This document shows positions 54,348 through 64,000 of a stretch of 64,000 bases of DNA, piece by piece. Each line of letters opens with the position of its first letter. Position 1 is the stretch's first letter. Made by a program: the position numbers and the translations under genes. The notes beneath the pieces are model-generated. The model saw nothing but the letters and a program-made list of their open reading frames with translations, ran no database searches and was not told where the DNA came from. Where the stretch lies: NCBI GenBank assembly GCA_963766075.1, contig CAVYAN010000072.1:96001-160000 (forward strand). The letters are read 5' to 3'. The DNA is from an uncultured cyanobacterium. GTDB taxonomy: Bacteria > Cyanobacteriota > Cyanobacteriia > Leptolyngbyales > Leptolyngbyaceae.

Positions 54348-55502
54348 CTAGGATTCGTCCGTGCTGTCCGGAGAGATGGTCTTGAGGGCATGAATTTGTT
54401 GGTGCAAACTGTTGAGGAGGTCTTCTAAGGTGGGGAGGATACTTTGCTGTTCTGGCGTGGTCACGGGATAGAATTGCATCCGCGTGCGGATGTGATTAAT
54501 TTGCCGTTGGAGCGACTGGGCTGTATTCAGCGCATCCTGGGTCAGCATGGTCACCTGCTGCTGCTGGTGAAATTTCAGGGCGGCTCCCCGCAGGACCTGC
54601 AAGTTGGCTTCTTCGCCGTGGGGGCCGGATAAAATCCGCAGCCGCAGCAACAGCCGGGTGTTCTGATATTGACGCTCCAATTCCAAGTATTGCGGTTTGC
54701 GCACTGGGTCCGGGGGCAATTCGGCGAACTGCTTCAGGGCAGCGATGGTGGCTTCAAATTTGGCCTGGGACAAATCTTCCAGAACGGCCTGCATGACCCC
54801 ATTTTGGCTCCACAAAATTCGCCCATGCTGCGGGTGGCGCTCAAAATACAAGCGCCCAATTCCCCCGGTCAGCATGCGTCCCAGGAGTTCTTCTAGCAGC
54901 TCAGGGGCGGGCAACTCGGCTAGTACAGAGAGCGCATCGGCCAGGTGAGGAGTCGCCACTCGCAGCACGGGCGGTCCCTGGGGATCGTTGGTCAAGGCGG
55001 GCTCTGGGGGATCACTGGGGCCCACGCGGGGCGGGGCGGGCATTTCCGGCTCTAACCGCAAGGTGGCGCGTTCATTGATTTCCGAGGACTTGGGAGGGGC
55101 AATCTTGGGGGCGGGGGGACGACTGGGCTGAGCTTTGCTACTGGCATAGTTGAGATAGGCCGTCAGAACCGCATGGTGCATCTCGGAGGCGATCGCCTGG
55201 GGCGTCAGGGAGCAATTCATGTACCCCATAATGCGCCGAACATAGTCCAGCGCCACACTATCGTCTAGCGAAACCATGCCCAGCTTGAGTCGGCTCCCTT
55301 CCAAGGCCAGCGGCAAAACTTGGTGATAGAGACAGGCTTCAAAGGGCAGAATGCTATCAATCAGCCGAAAGGTCAGCTCAGCATTAATCTGGCCGGTCCA
55401 GTCGGACTTGGCCGCAGACGCTGAAGGGACCGTGGATTGGGCCACCGCCGGAGGCACCATTGTCTCGGCATCGCGTTCAGTGGGTTTGCCTGACAGGGAC
55501 AT
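54348..55502 (-). CDS. GspE/PilB N-terminal-domain protein lacking the ATPase domain
   Basis: LPFEACLYHQVLPL..LKLGMV and GRLYFE..GRILWSQNG..LRLR..HGEEA.L.VL segments; no Walker A. Confidence 0.7.
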   Translation of the reverse strand: MSLSGKPTERDAETMVPPAVAQSTVPSASAAKSDWTGQINAELTFRLIDSILPFEACLYHQVLPLALEGSRLKLGMVSLDDSVALDYVRRIMGYMNCSLTPQAIASEMHHAVLTAYLNYASSKAQPSRPPAPKIAPPKSSEINERATLRLEPEMPAPPRVGPSDPPEPALTNDPQGPPVLRVATPHLADALSVLAELPAPELLEELLGRMLTGGIGRLYFERHPQHGRILWSQNGVMQAVLEDLSQAKFEATIAALKQFAELPPDPVRKPQYLELERQYQNTRLLLRLRILSGPHGEEANLQVLRGAALKFHQQQQVTMLTQDALNTAQSLQRQINHIRTRMQFYPVTTPEQQSILPTLEDLLNSLHQQIHALKTISPDSTDES

Positions 55503-55814
55503 AGCAAGGGAGTATCAGTAAGGGCTAGAAAATCAGGGGCTAGAAAATCCGTAAAGCACCGCCAAGGATCGATCAAACCGTCAGCCTTATCCAAATCCAA
55601 CACATTAAACCGTCAGCTCTAAATCGTAAGCTTTATCCAACCGTAGCCTGTAATCTGGCAACTGTAATGTGCCATACGTAATTACCCCCTAGGAAACGGC
55701 AATTCCTCTGGAATTATAGGTAGAATTCCGGGTGGTCCACTCAGTAAATTTCCGGAAGCAGTCGTTCTCGGCCTCCGCCTGCGGCCCACGGGTCTAAACC
55801 GGCTAACCTAGACC

Positions 55815-56744
55815 CTAGTCTGACTTTGTTCCTAACCAACTGGCCACCAGTTCCGGCTGATTCTTGGTCGCAAATACCCGGACGGCATGGTAGGTGATTT
55901 TTTCGCGCAGGCGATACACTTGCTTGACGGGAATATCCAGGCTCTGGGCGATCGCCTCCTGGGTTTGCCCCTGTAAATATAACCGCAGCCACTCCGCCGC
56001 TAGCGGCTCTACGGCTTTTTCCAGGTACGTTTCAAACGATTCCACCACCGATTGCCGCAGTTCCTGCTGCTCTTCAGCAGCGCGGGCCTGCTGGTACTGG
56101 GCCACCGCCTCATTATCCAACAGGCTGAACGATCCATCGGAATCGTCTGGGGCCACCTCGTCGGACACCAGCCGGATGAAGTCACCGGAGGGCACCTGGG
56201 TCATCCCGCCCCGTTGGGAGCGGCGCAGATAGTTGACAAATCGGAACGCCAGCAAAGGCTGATTCCGAATCGGACGCAGACAGTACTCTTCCACACTGGC
56301 TAAGAGCAAGGCATTTCGCAGGCGCGGCTCCGCCGTGCACTCGGCGATCCAGCGCATTTGCTGCTGCATGTAGGTGTCGTTTTGCAACAGTTCTTGAATC
56401 ACCTCTTGCAGCACGTCCACGACCGTTCGTTGGCGATCGCGCGATAGGGCAATCCAGGTTTTAATCTTGTTACGAATCAGAAAGAGGCTACTCAGGCGCT
56501 GGATCAGCCGCTGATACCCCCGCTCCTGGGAAACATCCAGATAGCGCTGCCGCAAAATCCGATAGCGATAATCCATCGCTTGGTCGGAGATATGGCGCAG
56601 GCTGGGGGTCAGGTCTTCAAATCGCGATCGATCCTCACCCAGCAGCCAGTTCACAATACTGCCCTGGGTTGCAGAACTGTGTTTTGGGAGTTCCGTTTGG
56701 AGTCGCAATTTCCAAGAAGTCGCAAATTCTTCCGCCACTGCCAT
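55815..56744 (-). CDS. HetZ-related protein (sigma-like C-terminal HTH)
   Basis: SIVNWLLGED, YRYRILRQRYL and LSRDRQRTVVDVLQEVIQE; C-terminal WLRLYLQGQTQEAIA..VKQVYRLREK. Confidence 0.75.
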   Translation of the reverse strand: MAVAEEFATSWKLRLQTELPKHSSATQGSIVNWLLGEDRSRFEDLTPSLRHISDQAMDYRYRILRQRYLDVSQERGYQRLIQRLSSLFLIRNKIKTWIALSRDRQRTVVDVLQEVIQELLQNDTYMQQQMRWIAECTAEPRLRNALLLASVEEYCLRPIRNQPLLAFRFVNYLRRSQRGGMTQVPSGDFIRLVSDEVAPDDSDGSFSLLDNEAVAQYQQARAAEEQQELRQSVVESFETYLEKAVEPLAAEWLRLYLQGQTQEAIAQSLDIPVKQVYRLREKITYHAVRVFATKNQPELVASWLGTKSD

Positions 56745-57249
56745 GAGGTTATTGTCCGGTTCGTAATAAATTCACTCCACCTAGAGTGTGCCTCACACTG
56801 GCCCAATTAATCACTTCCCCCCACGGGGAATAGACACTCTGTGACTACCCTGATATGTCATATCCGCTATCTTGCCTGTGAGATCACGCCTCTACCTGCC
56901 ATCATTCTAGGATGGAAGCTCCAGAGATTGACGATTTAGCCCGCTGCGAGCTGAAAATCCGTTGCCCTAAGGGTTCACCCTCCCTGCGGGGTATACAGAC
57001 TGCAGTTAAGTGCATCTTGCTGCACCGTCCTACGCTCCAGAGCGCCTTTGGATTAGGCTAACCCATCGACAGCACTGCCGTATAAGTACGGAATAAGTAC
57101 GGAAAATTCATCGTAAGTTTAGGGAAACCTACCGTAAAAATCCGGAAAATCCGGAAAAATACAGCCCACCTCAATAAAGATTTAGATAAAGATGCAGCAA
57201 AAACCTATAGTTTGGGCAGAATAGCAGAGCCGTTCTGTGGTTGATAGCG

Positions 57250-60200
57250 ATGCCTGATAGTGTAGGTAATTCTTTAAGTACAGCGTTAGGGATTTCCCTG
57301 AGTCCTTCTCAAAGCTTTACAGAATCTGTTGAAGCGGGTGATCTTGACTTTTACCGCTTCTCCCTCGGGAGCGCCAGCACCGGGGTCACCCTCACCCTCA
57401 CAGGGTTGACAGCCGATGCCAATTTGGAATTGCTCAACGCGGCGGGAACCCCCGTCTCTGATAGCTCTGGGCCCCTCGTTTCCACCAATGGTGGCTCACT
57501 GATCGAGGCGATTAATACGGTCCTCGGTCCAGGCACCTACTACATCCGCGTTTCGCCTGGTCCTGCGGCAGATCCTGCCAACCCGCTCAGCACGACCCCT
57601 TCAACCAACTACAGCCTCAACGTTTTCCAAGACAACGGCATTCGGGCTGATATTGTCTGGCGCAATTCCGTAACGGCTGAGAGCTTTGCCTGGTTTCTGG
57701 ATGGCAGTGGTAATGTGGCCAGCACGGGGATACCGCCTGGTGTGGGCGGGGGCTGGGACTTTCAAACGGCCAGCGGCGATTTTAACAATGACGGCAATGG
57801 CGACATTGTGTTGCGTAACTTTGACCCCACTAGCCCTGACTTTGGCAAGAGTGGCGTGTGGTTTATGAACGGAGCGACCCGGCTGAGTAGCGAAATCAGC
57901 AGTGTCGTGATTCCAGATGCCAATTGGCAAATTCGCGGCGCGGGCGATTTTGATGGTAATGGTCAAACCGACTGGGTCTGGCGCAACTCAGTGACGGGCC
58001 AAAACTCCATCTGGTTCTTGAATGGGGTGCAGCCATTGAGTGGGCCGTTGATTGATTCCCGTTCTGGCCCTTGGCAAATTCAGGCCGCGGGTGACTTTAA
58101 TAGTGACGGTAAAGCGGATATTGTTTGGCGCAATCCCACGACCGGCGAGAACGACGTGTGGTTTATGGACGGGACGGCGGTGATTGGGACCGCACCGCTT
58201 CTGACTGTGAATCTTCCTGGGTGGCAGATTCGGGGCAGTGCCGATTACAACCAAGATGGCAAAGCCGATCTGCTGTGGCGCAATCCGTTGACGGGTGAAA
58301 ATGTTATTTGGTTCATGAACGGGACAGAGCGCACCAGTGACTTGTTCATTCCTAAGGATCCAATTGGCGGGTGGCAGTCTTATGCACTATCGGGGAGAGG
58401 AGTTCCGCGGCCAAAGGATATTGCTGGAAATACAGCGGCAGCGGCCTTAGACCTTGGACCATTGAATGGCAATGGCTTGTTTAAAGGCACGATTAATGCC
58501 AACAATCCGACCGACTATTATCAGTTCACGTTACCGACGGCTAGCCGCGTGGCGCTTTCCTTGGCTGGCGCAACTGGTGGCGATTTGGCCGGCGACTTGG
58601 ATATTTTTCTGTCCAACGCCAGCGGCACCTTTACCCTGAATCTGAACCAAACAGCACTGACACCTCAGGTGGCGACAACGAGTCTGCTACCTTCTGGGGT
58701 CTATAACGTGCGGGTGTTGGCGAAGGGAGCGGCAAGCAGTGCGTATCAGTTGGGGTTGAATACCCTGGCCACGCTAGTGAGTAATAATCCCTTGACGCTG
58801 AATGAAGGTGCGACGCAAACGATTTCCAGTACGAGTTTGCTAGTCAGTGATGGGGCGCAGTCACCCGGTTTGATTACCTATTCTGTCTTGACAGCACCGA
58901 ATCCGATCGCCGGTTCTTTGAATCTAAACAGCACTGTTTTAGCGGTGGGTGGCACCTTTACGCAAGCGGATATTAATGCGGGTCGCCTCACCTATCGCCA
59001 AAGCGGCAGCGAAACTCCGCTAAGCGACAGTTTTGTGTTTAGGGCAGCCACTGGCTCCACGGGGCCGCTGGCGAGCACGATTCCGCCAACCACATTCTCG
59101 CTGAATTTCCTGCCGGTCAACGATGCCCCGCAACTATTGTCTACTAACCTAGGTGTTACCCTCACCGAGGGGACAGCGATCGCGATTACCAGCACGCTGC
59201 TTTCGGCCACGGATGCGGAGCAAGGGCCAACGCAGTTGGTCTACAGCATTAACAACGCTCCGACGAATGGGACGCTGCTGCGAAGCGGGCTGGCGTTAAC
59301 CACGGGCGGCACCTTTACCCAAGCTGAAATCACTGGGAATCTGTTGACCTACAGCCACAATGGCAGTGAAACGCTGAATGATGGCTTCACCTTTACATTG
59401 ACGGACGGTGCAGGCGGCTTCCTGACCCCGCCCACGCGCAGCCTCAGCATTAGCGTCATTTCAGCACCGGACCGCCCCGTTTTGCTGACCAATACCGGCC
59501 TGACCCTGGGCGAAGGATCCTCGCGGTTGATTGCCACCACGCTGTTGAGCGCAACCGATGTTGATACTCTCGCCGATCAAATCGTTTACTCCATTACGTC
59601 GGCTCCAACGAATGGCACCCTATTCCGGGGATCCCTGGGTCAGATTTCGACCTTTACCCAAGCGGATTTGGTGAACGGGCGCATCGTCTACGGCCATAAC
59701 GGCACGAAGACCAATAGTGACAGTTTTACCTTTACGTTGCTGGATGAGCAGGGTACAGCCTTACCCGGACCATCAGGCACCTTCAACATTGCGGTGACGG
59801 GAGTGAACTTTACGCCGGTGCTGGCGACGACCAACCCTCGCCTCACCCTAACGGAAGGGGCGATCGCCACGATCAACACCAGCATTCTGCAAGTCACGGA
59901 TGTTGACAGTGCGCCGCCGCAGTTGACCTACACGGTGCTCAGTGCACCAGCCAATGGCAGTTTGTTGAAGTTTGGTACGCCATTGACTGCGGGCCAGACC
60001 TTCTTCCAGAGCGACATTGATGCGATCGATGGCCGGATCACCTATCAGCACAATGGTAGTGAAACCATCAGCGATGCGTTTACCTTTACGGTGACGGATC
60101 AAACCAGTGGGCGGCTGGCCAACCAGACCTTTAGCATTACGGTGCAGGCCGTGAGTGATGCTCCGGTGCTGGTATCCAACCTCGGCGTGAGCCTGGATGA

Positions 60201-63200
60201 AGGTGCAACGGTGCGGATTCCCACCACACTGCTGAGTGCCACCGATGCGGATAATCTGGCGTCCCAGATTATTTATGAAGTAACGTCGCTGCCGGCTTCT
60301 GGCACCCTCCTGCAAGGGGTGACACCGATTACCACCACCTTTACCCAGGCCACGTTGAACTCGGGTCTGCTGAGCTACCGTCATAATGGCAGTGAATCAA
60401 TTACCGATACGTTTGTCTTTAATTTGCTCGATGGGACGACAACGGTTCCCGGCAACACCTTCAATATCACCATCAATCCGGTCAATGATCCTCCGGTCCT
60501 GGCGGTGAACACTGGAGCGACGGTGACTGAGGGCGGAGTGGCCACCCTGTCCGATGCGGAACTGCTGGTCACCGATGGGGGCGATGGCCCGAGCATCCCG
60601 GCCTACACCCTGGGAACGCTACCGACCAGTGGGACGTTGCTGCTGGGCAGTACCCCGCTGGCCAGTGGTGGCACCTTTAGTCAGGCCGATATTAATACGG
60701 GATTGATTACCTATCAGCACAGTGGTAGCGAAACCCTGCGCGATGGCTTCACTTTTAGTGCATCTGATGGCGGCACTGGCCTGCTGTCGCTGCGCAGCTT
60801 TACGATCACGGTGACCCCGGTCAATGATCCTCCCAGCTTGACCGCACCCGAAAGCATCACGGCAACGGAGGACACGGCCTTCACCTTCTCCGGTGGCAAT
60901 CGGTTGGCGGTGGTGGACCCCGATTCCACTAACCTGACGGTTAGCCTCGGAGTCTTGGAAGGCACGCTCAACATTACGGGAACTGGCTTGACGGTGACGG
61001 GCAATGGCACCAGCGCTGTGACGGTCACAGGGGCGGCAGCCGCGCTCAATACCGGCTTGAGCAGCCTGCGCTATCAAGGGCGGGCCAATTTCAACGGTGC
61101 GGATATTCTCACGGCGACGGTGGCCGATGAAAACGGCGCTATCGCGCCGAAAACCGTGGCGGTGAACGTGCTGGCGGTGAATGATACGCCGACTTTGGTG
61201 GTGCCGGGTGCCCAGCGCGGGCTGGAAGATGTGCCCCTGACCTTTGTCAACGCCAACGCCATCACCTTGTCGGATGTGGATGCGGGCAGTATTCCCCAGA
61301 CGCTGCGACTGGCAGTATCCAATGGGACCTTGAATATTGGAGATTTGCCTGCCGTCAGCTTCTTGGGCGATACCATCAATGGCGGCAGCACCCTGTCTTT
61401 GAGTGGCACGGCGGAGGATTTACAAGCCGCACTGACCAGTCTGGTGTATCAAGGCCGAACCAACTTCAGCGGCACGGATAGCCTCACGATTTCGGTGACT
61501 GATGGTGGCTTGCCGCCAATTACCCGCTCTGTACCGATTACGCTGGTGGCATTGAATGATGCGCCCGTGTTTACGGCAGGTTCGGAGGCGATCGTAGTCA
61601 ACGAGGACTCTGCCCCCTATAGCTTAGGATGGGCCACGGGTATTGGTCCCGGCGGCGGCACCGACGAACAATCCCAGGCGGCGGCCTTGAGCTTCCTGGT
61701 GGCGAATACCAACTCCGCCCTGTTTACGCCAACGGGGCAGCCCGCGATTAACAGATCGGGCGTGCTCACCTTTACCTTGGCCAAGGATGCCAATACTGCG
61801 GTCAGCGGGCCGGTGAATGTCTCCGTGCTGCTCCGCGACAACGGTGGCACCCTCAGCGGTGGGGTCAATACCTCGGAAGAGCGGACTTTCACCATCAACG
61901 TTAACCCTGTCAATGATGCGCCCACGTTTGTGAAGGGGGCCAACGTCAGCTTTGCAGAAGATGCGGGTCCACGGGCCGTAGCCTGGGCCACGAACATTCG
62001 CAAGGGGCCTGCTGATGAAGACGGTCAAAATCTGTTGTTTACCCTGGAAACGCTGTCTACGACGAATCCCAATTTGTTTGTGACTGCGCCCAGCATCGAT
62101 CCCGTCACCGGTATCCTCACCTATGAGACAGCTCCGGATGCCAACGGTTCTGCGGTGATTCGCGCCACCCTAAGTGATGATGGCGGCATTGACAATGGCT
62201 TTGGGGGCACTGGCAGCGATCGCTCCAGCCAAACCTTTACCATCACTGCCACCCCGGTCAACGACCTGCCCGTCCTGTCATTGCCCGTAGGCCCACTGAG
62301 TGTGGATGAGGACGCACGCCTCGCCATTCCAGACATTACGGTCACGGATGCGGATGCGGGAACGGCCCCGATCCAGCTCACCCTATCAGTGACCAACGGC
62401 ACCCTCAGTGTAGGTTCTGCCCCCACGGTAACGGTGACGAGTAACAACAGCCGCAGCGTGACGGTACGCGGCAGTCAGGCCGCCTTGACTCCGGTGCTCT
62501 CCGCGTTGACCTATCAGGCCAACGCTAACTTTGCGGGCACCGCAGGCACCCCCGCCGATAGCCTGACCATTACGGCGAGTGACTTTGGGGCCACGGGGTC
62601 CGGAGCCACGACTACGGTTTCGCGCTCGATTGGGATTATCGTTAACCCGGTGAATGATGCCCCCAGCCTGAGCGTGCCCACAACGACCTTGACAGTGGCG
62701 GAAGACTCCAGCCTTGCCATCACGGGCATTCGCGGCACCGATGTGGATTCTAATTCGCTGACGGTGACCGTTTCCAGCACGAATGGCGGTCTGTTGACCC
62801 TGGGCACCCAGACGGCTGCCTCAACGGTGACCACCACACTCACCCCGGCGACGTTTAACACCGGCCTGACGGGGCTGACCTATCGCGGGGCGGCGAACTA
62901 CAATGGGCCAGAAATCTTGACCGTGAGCGTCAACGATGGCGCGGCGGATCCCGTACTGCGGACGATTAGCCTCAACGTCACCCCCGTAAATGATGCGCCA
63001 GTAATTACGCCGCCGACGGGGCCGATCGCCCCGTTCCGGAAAATACGCCCATTTTCTTTGCGGGCGACACGGCGATCGCCGTCACAGACGTTGACAGTCC
63101 TCAGCTCACGGTGGGCCTTGCCGTGCGCAGCGGTACCATCAACCTCGCCTCGCTGGATGGACTCACGGTTGTCCGGGGCACCAATGGCTCCGCTACGGTA

Positions 63201-64000
63201 ACCTACTCTGGACCTACATCCCTGGTCAGCTCGGCGTTAAGCAACGTCACCTACAGTCCAAATCGAGCCTTCAGCGGCACGGATACGCTAACCATCACAG
63301 CCAGTGATGGCACCGCGACCACGGGCACAGCAACGCCTCGGGTGATTAGCCTCACGGTAACCCCCGTGAACGATGCCCCCGTGATCACGACCCTGGCCCC
63401 GTTAGTCGTGACCGAGGGCAACTCGCCACTGGCCCGTCAGATTACCACCCGACTGCTGTCGGCAACAGATCCTGACACGGCACCGGGCAGCATGGTCTAC
63501 ACGGTGGTGACCGGCCCAACCAATGGCACCCTGCGGGTGGGCGCGGCGGTAGCGAGTCTGTTTACCCAGGCGGATCTGGCGGCAGGGCGCGTGACCTATA
63601 CCCACAACGGATCGGAAACGACGTCGGATAGCTTTGTCTTCCAGCTATCGGATGGGGATACCAATACGGTGCAGCCACTACCGGGCACCTTTAGCATCTC
63701 GGTGTTGCCGATTAACGATGCGCCAGTGCTGCAAACCACGAATCCGGAACTGCTGATTCCCGCAGGAACGCCTCGGGTGATTGCCTTGACGGTGAATCAA
63801 CTGTCGGCAACGGATGTGGATACACTGCCCACTCAGTTGGTTTACACGCTGCTGAGCAACCCGGATGTGGCCTTGGGCAGTCTGCTGAAGTCAGGCTCGA
63901 CGGTGCCATTAGCAGCAGGCAGTTCCTTTACGCAGGCCGATCTCACGAGTGGCACAATTGTCTACAACTACACCGGTCAACCGGGAGGCTCAGACAGTAT
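57250..64000 (+). CDS. Giant surface/adhesin-like protein (PPC-like, FG-GAP-like, cadherin-like and Ig-like repeats); frameshift near 63030; runs past window end
   Basis: Four DF/YNxDGxxD repeats, many TFTQADI..Y.H.GSET..D.F.F and VNDAP repeats. After 63030 another frame continues (PENTPIFF..VNDAP..FTQADL) with no stop to 64000. Confidence 0.88.

Larger units (their letters stand above)
1..64000. repeat. HIP1 octamer GCGATCGC dispersed throughout
   Basis: Very frequent in coding and intergenic DNA (e.g. near 3092, 8044, 12001, 15301, 25803); a cyanobacterial hallmark. Confidence 0.95.

Noticed and set aside
1..64000. tRNA/rRNA genes
   Set aside because: No cloverleaf with a T-loop or rRNA-like segment was recognised by eye.

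Overview
Chromosomal window from a cyanobacterium. The evidence is the very dense HIP1 octamer GCGATCGC plus pcyA, crtH, PAM68, ftrC-suf and sufR. It is mostly housekeeping genes: msrB, pcyA, clpB, upp, crtH, ybeY, dgkA, trpG, rpe, aroF, rpsO, sufBCDS/sufR/ftrC and rsmB. Accessory patches: (i) 1-5.2 kb, an ABC exporter plus nucleotidyltransferase (possibly the tail of a lasso-peptide-type cluster), Uma2 genes and an IS66 remnant; (ii) 16.7-20 kb, a protealysin-like M4 protease/emfourin operon, a divergent promoter + ~320-nt hairpin-rich leader + 74-aa ORF, and a WD40 remnant; (iii) 50-64 kb, FecR/CHASE2-GGDEF, an ATPase-less PilB/GspE-like protein, a HetZ-related regulator and a giant FG-GAP/cadherin-like surface protein running off the end. 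About a dozen genes have 1-bp frameshifts, mostly at homopolymers or beside HIP1 sites; these are probably sequencing errors. The most interesting signals are the structured-RNA + small-protein unit at 18.9-19.5 kb, a dispersed hairpin family with a conserved 12-nt loop and unrelated stems, and two apparently catalytically dead recombinase-derived proteins flanking the desaturase-suf region. All calls come from reading the sequence; no searches were run.
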